The notes: generated from the letters alone by a model not told the origin. A DNA stretch of 64,000 nucleotides from Haliotis rufescens (GCF_023055435.1 NW_025963924.1:6138001-6202000), one strand, 5' to 3'; shown: positions 12,288 through 24,711, counted from the first letter of the stretch. Made by a program: numbers and translations.

Positions 12288-13063
12288 TTTGAGCAAAAGG
12301 AAACCTTCAAATACGTCTGCAAGCGGGACATGATGTCACTGGATGTTGAGAGGTGTGAGGAACTGGCTGAACAAAAATAAAAGTCACGAGTGTCTAAATA
12401 ATACAGTTCGATTTTTGGTATTTATTTTTTGTAAATAATTCACCAACTGTTGATATTGAAAGAAATAATTGAGGTCCAAAGCTTTACAAAATGTTGATCC
12501 ACTTCCACTGCCACCAAAATGTTGATAAAATACATGATATGATTATGAATGATCGGCGATTCACCACGCAGCACATTGCCGATACAGTAGGCATATCTAG
12601 TTAAAGAGTTGGGAACACTCATAGGAATGAACCGAGTATGAAAAAGGTCTAAGCACGCCAGGTTCGAAGGCCTCTAATGCTACAGGTTCATCATATTTAT
12701 GTCATTTTGAAGCAGAATCAGCCGATTTTGTCTTTGTACCAATAAATAAATCTTGGGTTTACCACTATCAGCCTGAAACTAACAACAGTCAAAGCAGAGG
12801 AAACCTGTTACGTCGAGGACAAAAGGCAAAATTTGTATCAAATGTCAACACTAAAGTCTGGAGCTGGTAGAATATTGCTCCACATAACGCGAAAATTGAC
12901 TATTGGAATCCTACTGGTGGAATACCTTATGAAAGGTGAGACCAATAATGATCAATATTAAGGTAACATGCTGAGGCAACTGCATGTATATCAAGGCTAA
13001 ACGTCGTGAAAAACTCACTAAAGGTGTGTTGTACCACGAGGACTATGCAGAATAACCCACTAA

Positions 13064-13290
13064 ACATGCTCCGTATTCACCAGATCTGGTACCGTTAGAA
13101 TTCCACCTCTACCCAAACTTGAAGAAAGAACTCTCTGGCAAGCATTAAGTAAATGGTGATGAAGCCATTTCTGCTGCGGGGGACCTTTTACCACCAGGAG
13201 GAGGTTTCCTACACCAGTGGGGTCCAGGCACTCCAGCATCATTGACAGAAGTGTGTGGACTTTGGAGTCATTATGTTCAAATATAATTGG
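13064..13290 (+). mobile_element. mariner transposase C-terminal relic
   Basis: HAPYSPDLVPLEFHLYPNLKKELSGKH* contains the mariner YSPDL motif; in-frame stop. Confidence 0.75.
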
Positions 13291-13403
13291 CAACCAACAC
13301 CATCAACGCATTCCTTCGATTAGTCTCAGAACATTTCGACCACCCCTCGTATGTCAATTCTCTTGGTTTCCATCAAGAAGAAGGGGGAGGCTAGGATACT
13401 TAC

Positions 13404-13655
13404 ATTTCCCCAGGGGCTCTGTCCTGTTGCCACACGTGACCATGCTGTAGTGTTCACATCTCTGTGTTTCAGGGTTGTACAACTCCGGGAAGGGACATTC
13501 CTGTAGGTTCTGTTCTAAGGTGGAACGATGTATTTTCATGGCGGGCGCACTACAGTTGTAGTACTGGGCACACATAGCCGGGTGGGGAATCAGTGTTTCC
13601 GTCGTCGTCTTGCAGATGGGGTTCACGTCGCCTGAGTCTAGAATGAATGCTGATG
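13404..13655 (-). CDS. Gene B CBM14 exon
   Basis: 252 nt, phase 1-1, ccag| and |GTAAGT; ICKTTTETLIPHPAMCAQYYNCSAP...QECPFPELYNPETQRCEHYSMVTC has six-Cys peritrophin-A spacing. Confidence 0.92.
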
Positions 13656-13749
13656 CTGGAACTGATGCAAAAAGTGACAGGTTTAAACCTAGTTTGTGAG
13701 TGACGAAGACTCTACCAGTGACGCCAAACTAACCACAGCCCTAAACCTA

Positions 13750-15112
13750 CCTACCCCCTCTCGCCATCTACCCTCTCTTACCCCGCCATTCAATATTTCC
13801 ACAGCACCCGTCTCTCCATCTACCCTCTCTTACCCCGCCATTCAACACTTCCCACTGCATCGCTCTCTCCATCTACTCTCTCTTACCGTGCCATTCACCA
13901 CTTCCCACTGCATTCCTCTCTCCATCTACCCTCTCTTACCCCGCCATTCAACACTTCCAACTGCATCCCTCTCATTCTACCCTCTCTTACCCCGCCATTC
14001 ACCACTTCCCACTGCATCGCTCTCTCCATCTACTCTCTCTTACCCTGCCATTCAACACTTCCCACTGCATCCCTCTCCATCTACCCTCTCTTACCCCGCC
14101 ATTCAACACTTCCCACTGCATTCCTCTCATTCTACCCTCTCTTACCCCGCCATTCACCACTTCCCACTGCATTCCTCTCATTCTACTCTCTCTTACCCCG
14201 CCATTCAACACTTCCCACTGCATCCCTCTCTCCATCTACCCTCTCTTACCCCGCCATTCACCACTTCCCACTGCATTCCTCTCATTCCACCCTCTCTTAC
14301 CCCGCCATTCACCACTTCCCACTGCATCCCTCTCTCCATCTACCCTCTCTTACCCCGCCATTCAACACTTCCCACTGCATCGCTCTCTCCATCTACCCTC
14401 TCTTACCCCGCCATTCACCACTTCCCACTGCATTCCTCTCTCCATCTACCCTCTCTTACCCCGCCATTCAACACTTCCAACTGCATCCCTCTCATTCTAC
14501 CCTCTCTTACCCCGCCATTCACCACTTCCCACTGCATCGCTCTCTCCATCTACTCTCTCTTACCCTGCCATTCAACACTTCCCACTGCATCCCTCTCCAT
14601 CTACCCTCTCTTACCCCGCCATTCAACACTTCCCACTGCATTCCTCTCATTCTACCCTCTCTTACCCCGCCATTCACCACTTCCCACTGCATCCCTCTCC
14701 ATCTACCCTCTCTTACCCCGCCATTCAACACTTCCCACTGCATTCCTCTCTCCATCTACGCTCTCTTACCCCGCCATTCACCACTTCCCACTGCATCGCT
14801 CTCTCCATCTACCCTCTCTTACCCCTCCATTCACCACTTCCCACTGCATTCCTCTCTCCATCTACCCTCTCTTACCCCGCCATTCACCACTTCCCACTGC
14901 ATCCCTCTCTCCATCTACCCTCTCTTACCCCGCCATTCAACACTTCCCACTGCATCGCTCTCTCCATCTACCCTCTCTTACCCCGCCATTCACCACTTCC
15001 CACTGCATTCCTCTCTCCATCTACCCTCTCTTACCCCGCCATTCACCACTTCCCACTGCATCCCTCTCTCCATCTACCCTCTCTTACCCCGCCATTCAAC
15101 ATTTCCCACCTA
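13750..15112. repeat. 51-53-bp pyrimidine-rich minisatellite (about 26 units) in gene B intron
   Basis: Unit catctaccctctcttaccccgccattcaacacttcccactgcatccctct(ct)c. Confidence 0.95.
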
Positions 15113-15129
15113 CCCCTCTTTGTTTCTCC

Positions 15130-15419
15130 CAGCACAACACAGACATCACTACACACAACAAACACACCTCACATTACACAACAGACAACACAACAAACAA
15201 AGCACAATACACAACTCAACACACACACAAACACATACACACATACACAAAGGACAATACACAACACAAAACACACAACAAGGACAACACACACGAACAC
15301 ACAAGCGCAATAATCTGGAACTCGACGCTAAACCCTAATTCTCCTTTCAACTCAACACACACACATACTATACACACAACACACATGCAACATGTGCACT
15401 CAACACACACACACACACT

Positions 15420-15472
<53 letters not shown>

Positions 15473-15830
15473 AAAGTACAATACACAACACAAAACACAC
15501 AACAAGGACAACACACACGTCGCTACATAAGCGCAATGATCTGGAACTCCTCGCTAAATCCTAATTCTTCCTACAACTCAACGTACACATACTATACACA
15601 CAACACACATGCAACACACACAAAACATACACACAACACACACACGTCGTTATAAAAGTGCAATAATTATGGAATCTTAATTCACCTCACCTCATAGCGT
15701 GCACGCACGCACACACACACACACACACATACACACACACACACACACACACATAAACCATGCAAATATAACACACATATACATAAACACACAACATACG
15801 CATAAGCACACATCACAAAACGATACACAC
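15130..15830. repeat. CA-rich low-complexity region with repeated SINE-4-like tails
   Basis: (CA)n runs; gcaataatc..gacgctaaacc-like motif at about 15307, 15531, 15660. Confidence 0.75.
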
Positions 15831-15858
15831 GACACAATAACATTAAGAAATAGCTCAC

Positions 15859-15919
15859 ATGAATCCAGGGCGGCCAGCAGCACCATCAGCAAGCACAACA
15901 CGCGACTCTCACACATCAT
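15859..15919 (-). CDS. Gene B signal-peptide exon (secreted chitin-binding protein, 182 aa total)
   Basis: MMCESRVLCLLMVLLAALDS, T|GTGAGC phase-1 donor; joins in frame with 13404-13655 and 5736-5971 (61+252+236=549 nt). Upstream acceptor ttttcttgtag at 15946/15945. Confidence 0.85.
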
Positions 15920-16228
15920 GGAGCTGTAGATGAGATCCAAACCGTCTACAAGAAAACTAATGCATTAAAATATTGTAGCAGATACAGTTTGGATAAAACG
16001 AAATTTTAGTTGTATCTCAAACAGGTTGATGTACATTTGTATGTTGTTAATGACAAATTAGTATTTTGTAGTATTTAGTATTTTGTAGTATTAAGTATTT
16101 TGTATGACATGTAAATGGCCGTTTGGAATGTTTTGAGAAAAATCAAGTCACTTCCTATATCCATAATGTCCTTTGGTCCTAATGAACTTATGTCCTAGTA
16201 TATAAGTCAGGTACTTCATATACCCCGA

Positions 16229-16403
16229 GGGGCGGTCGGGTAGCCTAGTGGTTAAAGCGTTCGCTTGCATTGTCACGCCGAAGACGCGGGTTCAATTCAC
16301 GACATGGGTACAATGTGTGAAGCCCATTTCTGGTGTCCCCCGCCGTGATATTGCTGGAATATTGCTAAAAGCGGAGTAAAACCATACTCACTCACTCACT
16401 CAC
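16229..16403 (+). mobile_element. SINE family 1 containing the array's left breakpoint
   Basis: 13-bp TSD tcatataccccga (16216-16228, 16404-16416); only its tail and right TSD recur at the junctions. Confidence 0.9.
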
Positions 16404-16931
16404 TCATATACCCCGACACAGACAAGTGTCAGCCATATACAGTGTGCATGCCTTGGAGAACTGAAGTTGAAACGGCGAATACAAAAGTATGTATTAAATA
16501 TAGTTGTTCCGATATGTTTTATATAAGTTAACTAACATACCACTACCATACTGGCGAATATTGATGTATCATACGATTACTCCGCACAACAAAACTACAC
16601 CCATAATATGGCTAAATATAAAATGACATCTGAGCGTCACTTTTAGTCAAATAAAAACAAAAACTAATCATTTTTTTTCAACGCTTTATGATTTCGTTAT
16701 CCATAAAATACACATTTTATAAAAGAGCAGAGTTCAAAGTGTGCACAATTGTTTATGTTGGTATTCTTGGCAAAGTCAAGAAAATAATAGATAGTGTCTT
16801 CCACTTTTGGTTTTTAATCAAATAATATAAAAATTCTACCTCTTTCCTCATTTTTTTTTTAAAAAAAGCATTAATTATTTTTATACAGCCAGGCATATAC
16901 CGTCTGGTACATAAAATGAATATTACCTTAC

Positions 16932-17052
16932 CTTCACAGCGCTATAACGGCTACAGGGCAGCGGCTTGTGGTAGATATGTTATACATCTCCCTCTTTAAA
17001 TGTAGGGTTTAAATACCAGGGTATATTTAGATATGGGAAATGCGCATGTGGT
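16932..17052 (-). promoter_or_regulatory. Gene B predicted core promoter and non-coding first exon
   Basis: GAAG|GTAAGG donor at 16932/16931 in the same position as gene A's donor; TATA-like TAAATATA/TATTTAAA; 33-bp block conserved with gene A. Confidence 0.6.
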
Positions 17053-17154
17053 TATCTGTAATTTCTGGTATGTATTAAAACTTGGTTTGAAAAAGGATAG
17101 CACCAGTTGCTTGGAATAATTTGTCGTATAATATATATAACATATGTATTAAGG

Positions 17155-17314
17155 TGAGTAAGTATGGTTTTACGCCGCTTTTAGCAATATTCCAGCAATA
17201 TCACGTCGGGGGACACCAGAAATGGGCTTCACACATTGTACCCATGTCGGGAATCGAACCCAGGTATTCGGCGTGACGAGCGAACGCTTTACCACTAGAC
17301 TACCCGACCGCCCC
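17155..17314 (-). mobile_element. SINE family 1 (copied into each unit; further copies about 21577-21740, 50580-50733, 57925-58085, 63683-63856)
   Basis: TSD tatgtattaagg; A/B boxes. Confidence 0.9.
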
Positions 17315-17962
17315 TATGTATTAAGGAGTATAAAGGATGAATATGAGGATAAGAACAAGGGTTGGTACTTCTTTCAAGTAATTATCTTTAGATAATTCAT
17401 AAATTCTGTTCAACGCCAATATCTAAATTAAAGCATTTGTTATAAACATCTTTGTTAAAAAGCGAAGTGTTTGGATCCCAAGGTTTCAGGAGCTGCACAA
17501 AAATTACTCATAAATGTGTTTTGTTCTCGCATTTCAAACTATCACCTTGATGTCGAACGCCAGGCTGAGAAACAACAAGTAGTATCTTTAAAGGTCTTTG
17601 ATGTGACGCGGCCGTGAATCCAACCACCATCATTTCGCTCCCCGGCAGACACTCTATCCGTTAGACCACGGAGGCGGTCCGCTATTAACTGGAATGTCCC
17701 ATATGTATTAGGATTGCGTGTCATCGTGTTCCACCTCAAAGGACATACACATATTGTTATCTGAACAACAGATACATTTGTTGATGTGCAGGGTTGGTTT
17801 GTTGTTTTACGCCGCACTCAGCGATAGTTGATGCGCAGGGATAGCTAGTCTGTGGTGTAGAGCCCAAGCTACATACACGCAGGGGCACATGCACTACCAA
17901 CCGCACGCACACGTCTATTGTTATGATGCGACCAGGAGCCGAAGCATTGGCCTTCTACTCTC

Positions 17963-18913
17963 GAGGCAGACGCGCTATCCACTATTCCACGAAGGCGGTC
18001 TCAGACAGACGCGCTATCCACTACACCACGAAGGCGGTTTCAGGCAGACGCGCTATCCACTACACCACGAAGGCGGTCTCAGGCAGACGCGCTATCCACT
18101 ACCCCATGAAGGCGGTCTCAGGCAGACACTCTATCCACTACACCACGAAGGCGTTCTCAGGCAGACCCGCTTTCCACTACCCCACGAAGGCGGTCTCAGG
18201 TAGATGCGCTATCCACTACCCCACGAAGGCGGTCTCAGGCAGACGCGCTATCCACTACCCCACGAAGGCGTTCTCAGGCAGATGCGCTATCCACTACACC
18301 ACGAAGGCGGTCTCAGGCAGAAGCTCTATCCACTACACTATGAAGGCGGTCTCAAGCAGACGCGCTATCCACTACCCCACCAAGGTGGTCTCAGGCAGAC
18401 GCGCTATCCACTACACCACGAAGGCGGTCTCAGGCAGACGCTCTATCCACTACCCCACGAAGGCGGTCTCAGGCAGACGCTCTATCCACTACACCACGAG
18501 GGCGGTCTCAGGCAGACTCTCTATCCACTACACCACGAAGGCGGTCTCAGGCAGACGCGCCTCAACTACCCCACGAAGGCGGTCTCAGGCAGACGCGCTA
18601 TCCACTACCCTACAAAGGCGGTCTCAGGCAGACACTCTATCTACTACCCCAAGAAGGCGGTCTCAGGCAGACGCGCTATCGACTACCCCACGAAGGCGGT
18701 CTCAGGCAGACGCGCTATCCACTACCCCACGAAGGCGGCCTCAGGCAGATGCGCTGTCCACTACACCACAAAGGCGGTCTCAGGCAGACGCGCTATCCAC
18801 TACACCAAGAAGGCGGTCTCAGGCAGACGCGCTATCCACTACACCACGAAGGTGGTCTCAGGCAGACGCGCTATCCATTACCCCACGAAGGCGGTCTCAG
18901 ACAGACGTGCTAT
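17963..18913. repeat. 39-bp minisatellite (about 24 units; about 6 units at 34162-34412)
   Basis: Unit aggcagacgcgctatccactacaccacgaaggcggtctc. Confidence 0.95.
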
Positions 18914-19239
18914 CAAAGCAATAAAACAGAGGCTGATGACTTCAGTCTGGTGCGTGCATTAAATTCAGCACCATATGGTCTCGACAACTATCGTGTATGT
19001 TGAACATCCGTCACTGGCTACTTTATAACTTACCACTGACAGGAATATGGCCTCATAAAAACAAGTATGAAAGTTTGCATTAGTGTTGTTCCCACTAAAT
19101 AGGACGTCACTGACAGCTGCCTACTTTGTGCTGAGTCGTGATGCGTGTAGGTTTACCATTCAAACAAAGAGAGGGTGTTGGTGCACCAATAGCAGTCCTC
19201 ATATATGCGTACAAATGAAGAGATTGTTGTTAAGTGAAA

Positions 19240-20460
19240 GAGGTGAGTAAGTCGGTAGGTGAGGAAGTTTGGTTGGTATGAGTGAGGGAGTGAGTGAGGG
19301 AGGGAATGGGTTAATGGTTGAGTGAGTGAGTGGCTGGGTGGGGTGGTTGGTTGGTTGAGTGGATGGTTGAGTGAGTGAGTGAGTGGGTGGGTGGATGGGT
19401 GGGTGGGTGTTATTTGGTGGGTGGGTTTTATGGTTGAGTGGTTGGTTGAGTGAGTGAGTAGGTGGGTGGATGGGTGGTATGGTTGAGTGGTTGGTTGAGT
19501 TAGTGAGTGTTAGGGTGGGTGGTATGGTTGAGTGGTTGGTTGAGTAAGTGAGTGGGCGGGTGGGTGGGTGGGTGGTATGATTGAGTGGTTGGTTGAGTAA
19601 GTGAGTAGGTAGGTGGGTGGTATGGTTGAGTGAGTGAGTGGGTGGTATGTTTGAGCGGTTGGTTGGTTAAGTGAGTGAGTGGGTGGTATGTTTGAGCGGT
19701 TGGTTGGTTAAGTGAGTGAGTGGGTGGGTTGGTTGGTTTTATGGTTGAGTGGTTGGTTGAATGAATGAGTAGGTGGGTGTGTGGTATGGTTGAGTGGCTG
19801 GTTGGTTAAGTGAGTGAGTGGGTGGGTGGTTGTGTTTTATGGTTGAGTGGTTTGTTGAGTGAGTGTGTAGGTGGGTGGATGGGTGAGTGAGTGGGTGGTT
19901 GGGTGTTATTGTTGAGTGGTTGGTTGGTTGAATGAGTGGGTGGGTGGATAGGTGGTTGGAGGGTATGGTTGAGTGGTTGGTTGGTTAAGTGAGATAGTGA
20001 GTGAGTGATTGGGTTGGTGGGTGGTATTGTTGAGTGGTTGGTTGAGTTAGTGAGTAGGTGGGTGGGTGGGTGGTATGTTTGAGCGGTTGGTTGGTTAAGT
20101 GAGTGAGTGGGTGGTATGTTTGAGCGGTTGGTTGGTTAAGTGAGTGAGTGGGTGGGTTGGTTGGTTTTATGGTTGAGTGGCTGGTTGGTTAAGTGAGTGA
20201 GTGGGTGGGTGGTTGTGTTTTATGGTTGAGTGGTTTGTTGAGTGAGTGAGTAGGTGGGGGGATGGGTGAGTGTGTGGGTGGTTGGGTATTATTATTGAGT
20301 GGTTGTTTGGTTGAATGAGTGGGTGGGTGGTATGGTTGAGTGGTTGGTTGCTTAAGTGAGTGAGTGAGTGATTGGACGGATGGGTGGTATTTGGTATGAT
20401 TGAGTGGTTGAATAAGTGAGTGGGTTGATTGGTGAATGAATGGGTGGGTTGGTAACTTGA
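19240..20460. repeat. Complex (GAGT/GGGT/GGTT)n satellite (also about 26245-27330, 34740-36080, 42720-43860)
   Basis: C-poor, G/T-rich tetramer mosaic downstream of each C gene. Confidence 0.95.
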
Positions 20461-20595
20461 TTTGAGTAACATATCACAGTAGGAATAAGAAGATATTTTG
20501 CACAGTGTATCCGAGACGCTACCCCCTTGCTGACACTACAAGATAGAATGTGATTGGTTAATAGACACCGAGAAAAGACATAATTGGTAGAAATA

Positions 20596-20601
20596 TTTAT
20601 T
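20596..20601 (-). terminator. Candidate polyadenylation signal of C1 (alternative AATAAA at 20938-20943)
   Basis: AATAAA about 650 nt past the stop, conserved in all four units. Confidence 0.45.
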
Positions 20602-21251
20602 CAATCAAGCATATTTGCAACATAAATAGAATAAAAGAATAAAACCCGAATCCGCTGGGGAATTGAGTTTAGATTTACAATCAAATTACACAACACTGTT
20701 AACACAACACACAAACACAACACATTGATCATAATTACAAGGATTCAGAAATAAATAAACCGGGTGTTTATACCGGCTGCAATGGGACTTACAGAGTTAG
20801 TGTGTACACATTCAATGACGGGCAGGTCAATACTTCAAGTGTTTAATACAAGCTTGGTACCATACAGAACACAATATTGTTCACAAACTCCAATATAATT
20901 TAGGCAACAGACGGTTTTCATGGTAATGACTTAAATTTTTATTCACGTAAAATCACAAAGACTCTAGAAATCCTATTTAGGACGCGCATTTGTTAAATTT
21001 GATTCCTTGAACACATGAAAGAAACTTGAATGTCTAAATTTGGATTTCTAAATGGCCACAACCAGTTATAGAATACGCTGAAGAAGTCCGGGAATGTGTA
21101 AAGGAAATTCCGGACTGCGGCACAAAAGTCCATCATCACGTGACCCCGAGGTGAATATGACTGCCAAATAAGGAATGACCAATCATGAAACAGGAAGTTC
21201 AGAAACAGTACCAAGTGCAAGAAATTGAGAAAGTTTTTCATCTTCATTACT

Positions 21252-21484
21252 TCAAGCAGTCCGCGCAACGCACATCCTCTTGGCTTGATCGAAGATCTGT
21301 GGTCCGTTCTTCTGGTTGCACGTACCCGAATACACCATCCGTCCACCCACACACACGACGAAGTAGGGAAAGTCTTCCCTACCCACCCAGTGGTTCAAGC
21401 CGTCGGGAAGACCCTTGCAACTTGGGTAGCGCACCATGCAGGGCATGCAGTGAGCAGACAGGCACTGGTTCGCACGGTAGTCGC
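21252..21484 (-). CDS. Gene C1 exon 3 (Cys linker + third CBM14-like domain)
   Basis: gacag|GC; CDYRANQCLSAHCMPCMVRYPSCKGLPDGLNHWVGREDFPYFVVCVGGRMVYSGTCNQKNGPQIFDQAKRMCVARTA*. Confidence 0.92.
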
Positions 21485-22516
21485 CTGTCAGAAAGAGAGA
21501 GTGAATGAGTAAATGAGTGATTTGACACTGCTTTGAACAGTCTTTCAGTTATATCACGTCGTGTCAGCTTGACATGAGAGTGAGTGAGTATGTTTTGCGC
21601 CGCTTTTAGCACTATTCCAGCACTATCACGGCGGGGGACACCAGAAATGGGCTTCACACATTGTACCAATGTCGAGAATCGAACCCGGGTCTTCGGCGTG
21701 ACGAACGAATGCTTTTACCACTAGGCTACCCGACCGCCCCTGCTTGACATGAGAGGAAATCCCCTTAGGTCTTACACGTTTACCACTTTGGTAAAACCCA
21801 CGAGCACGGGTATGGTGCTGACAAACTTAGAAACATTATCAGGGCGAACCTGGATTCGATCAAAGGTTTCTGGCACGCCTAAGCGACGCAACCCTGCAAA
21901 ATGCGGCGCATTTGGCGTCTAACCACCCGTCCCCACTACCAGTTTACAGCTACAGGTTCGTTATAAGCGTGTTCGTTATAAACGTAGTTTACTGTAATGT
22001 GAGTAAGAAAGTGAATAAGTGAGATGCCGTTTTAAGCAATTCCAGCCAGGGCAGAGAAACTGAGGTGAAGTTAGTGGAACCTTAATCAATGGTCGTGGAT
22101 TTCAAAGCAGAATAGAACCCAAGCACTTTATAACAGCCGAGTGTCGACCAATCTGGTTGTTCCAATGCCTCCCCGAGTAAGAGTACTGGAGTGAGTGAGT
22201 GAGTTGGGTTTAACGCCGCTTTTAACAGTATTCCAGTAATCCAGTTATATCGCGGCGTGTAAGCTTAATGTGGGAGGAAAGCCCGAAGTGATGCAGGTCT
22301 AAGACGTTTATCGCTTCGGTGAAACCCACGAGCACGGGTATGGTGCTGACAAACCTAGAAACATAATCGGGGCGAACCGGGATTCGAACCCACAATCATA
22401 GGTTTCTGGCGTGTTCAAGGGACGCAACTCTGCACAGCGAATCGCGGCGCCTTAGACGACTGGGCCACCCGTGCCCCCCTTTCCGGTATGAATGGCATGG
22501 TTAATGGTATACTCAC

Positions 22517-22750
22517 ACTGACTGATGGCTTCGACTCTCTCACCACACTTCACCATGGTGTAGTGCTCGCACCGCTTAGTGATGACGTTGTAAAACTGGG
22601 GGTAGGGGCACTCGCTCAGATGTTCTGGCCACCTGAACCTTGTCGGAGCAGAGCAGTTGTAGTACTGGGCACAGTTGGTGGGGTGGGGGATCAAGGCACG
22701 GGACTCTGGAAGACAGATGACCGTCTCCGCTCGGGTGTCCTTCTTGGTAC
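22517..22750 (-). CDS. Gene C1 exon 2 (CBM14)
   Basis: 234 nt, phase 1-1; ICLPESRALIPHPTNCAQYYNCSAPTRFRWPEHLSECPYPQFYNVITKRCEHYTMVKC. Confidence 0.93.
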
Positions 22751-22919
22751 CTGGCGAACAATATTCATAATTTGTAATCAAATATATCTTCTTTTTTTAA
22801 TTACCCGATGGGGTGAGTGTTTATCTCACAGGCACATGTGCCTCCATATATGAAGCAATCGCCAAACGGGTTTTCCTGTTAAGTGATGTTTCCGTTCTAA
22901 TTTGGATTCATAAAAAGGG

Positions 22920-23150
22920 TATTCCGGATTACATGATTTCCGGATTATCAAGGTTTATGGACTGACATGTAATTCGGACTAACGGGGGTCCGTACTATCA
23001 AGGCTTCCGGAATGACCTGGAATCCGGATTGACGGGAGTCCGGACTTTCAAGGTTTCTGGAAGGACATGGAATCCGGATTGCCGGGTTCCCGGATTAACA
23101 AGGTGTCCGGAATGTCGGGGGTTCCAGATAAACAAGGTTACGGACTAGTT
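22920..23150. repeat. Degenerate about 20-bp CCGGA repeat, probably MITE-internal (longer in C3/C4, ending ...TTCACTG|TA near 39072)
   Basis: Periodic tccggatt/ccggact motifs. Confidence 0.6.
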
Positions 23151-23845
23151 AGGTTTCTTATTAGTCCCGGGGCAAGTCCTGCATAACTGCTGTAACCTGA
23201 AATATATCACTGTCATGTACAACGACTCTCGGCGGGGTCGCACCTCGGCGACAGGGACGACTGACAGTGTACACAACTGCGCCGCCTCGACTTTATTCTC
23301 AGCTAAGACGTTGTCGAAATAACGCTGACATGCAGCAGCGACGACGACGAGGATTGACGTTGCATCACACAAGTCTTACTCTTTTAAAGCATTTCGCGGT
23401 TTGCTGACAAGAACATTTAAATAAATTATTGCCGTGCAGCGTCAGCTGTGCGTTGTAGCACATTTGTTTTGGGCCGGCTGTCATATTTCGTATTAAGTAT
23501 AAAGTACTTGCAATATACTGCCCGCTTGAGCGAAGATGTTTTGTGTCAGTTTTGTTCTGATTTTTATATCACCTTGGCTGAGCTTTAGATAACAAAGAGC
23601 ATTAGTATCTTGGCTTTGAGAAGAAGTTGTCGGTCGCTCGGTTTTTGTACATGATTATTGGTAGATTTCCTAAAGTAACCTTTATTTACATTCAAGATAC
23701 AAATTGTATTTTAAAGAAGTAGATTACACTCTCGTCTTTTCACTAACTGCATCGGAAAAATCTATTATATTTCAAGAAGGCCAGTAAGTGAAATCAAATT
23801 TAACTTTGAACTTGATGTTTCAGCCAATTCCTGTAAATAAGCAAG

Positions 23846-24148
23846 GTTTAACATCGCTTTTAGCAATATTTCAGTGAGATCGTGGATGGTTTAGCATCGC
23901 TTTTAGCAATATTTCAGTGAGATCGCGGATGGTATAACATCGCTTTTAGCAATATTTCAGTGAGATCGTGGATGATTTAACATCGCTTTTAGCAATATTT
24001 CAGTGAGATCGTGGATGGTTTAACATCGCTTTTAGCAATATTTCAGTGAGATTGCAGATGGTTTAACATCGCTTTCAGCAATATTTCAGTGAGATCGCGG
24101 ATGGTTTAACATCGCTTTTAGCAATATTTTAGTAAGATCGTGGATGGT
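23846..24148. repeat. 43-bp tandem repeat in C intron 1 (7, 6, 7, 10 units in C1-C4; 31028-31290, 40320-40622, 48164-48586)
   Basis: Unit ggtttaacatcgcttttagcaatatttcagtgagatcgcggat. Confidence 0.93.
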
Positions 24149-24482
24149 ACCAGGAGCGAACTTTAACCTGGGTACCCACATCATGACTAGAACCCCTCGA
24201 CGTGACGAGTGAACGCTTCAACCACAGGCCTACCCAACTGCCCATATATCTCGGTAAACGAAGATGGAATCGATGCTTTGTAAATTTATCAAATCTTCTG
24301 ATTATAGTGAGTGAGTGTGGTTTTACGCCGCTTTTAATAATATCCCACAAATATCACACGGGGGACACCAGCTTAACACCATTTAGGGCATCGAACCCGG
24401 GCATTCGGCTTGATAGAGAACTACTTAACCACTTGGCTACCCCGCCACCCTCTGAATATCGAGTTTAATACACAGTACTTAC

Positions 24483-24711
24483 AATTGTCGTAGATGGATC
24501 CCTGGCCGACGCATGTTTTGGTCTCGGGGTCGAACACGCTGTTTGAACAGTTGAACTTGTACAGGATCTCATTGGTGCACACATAGAAGACCGAACAGTC
24601 ATCGGGATCTGGTCTGAAGTCGGGGTTGCCTTTAACCACACAACTACCCACTGATGTTGAAGCGGTTGCCATGGCCACGATTAAGCAAGCGAGTACAATT
24701 CGAAATGCCAT
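24483..24711 (-). CDS. Gene C1 exon 1 (signal peptide + CBM14); secreted 3x chitin-binding protein, 231 aa
   Basis: ACCATGG context; MAFRIVLACLIVAMATAS then CVVKGNPDFRPDPDDCSVFYVCTNEILYKFNCSNSVFDPETKTC; T|GTAAG donor; 229+234+233=696 nt open. Confidence 0.93.

Noticed and set aside
5972-13403. Additional gene B exons in the 7.4-kb intron
   Set aside because: Only transposon relics seen, and the flanking exons join in frame as in gene C; small exons cannot be excluded without RNA data.
13696-15564. 622-aa plus-strand ORF
   Set aside because: Translation of a stop-poor minisatellite and CA repeats, GTG start, antisense within gene B's intron.
17889-19003. Overlapping 333/252-aa repetitive ORFs
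   Set aside because: 39-bp unit is open in several frames; SINE-derived; length differs fourfold between units.
20993-21352. 119-aa ORF conserved in all four units, and antisense ORFs over the C exons
   Set aside because: Alternative frame of exon 3 plus 3'UTR; conservation reflects the recent duplication.
23846-24148. CRISPR-like regular repeats (also the 39-bp and 32-bp arrays)
   Set aside because: Contiguous units with no unique spacers, no cas genes, eukaryotic intron context.
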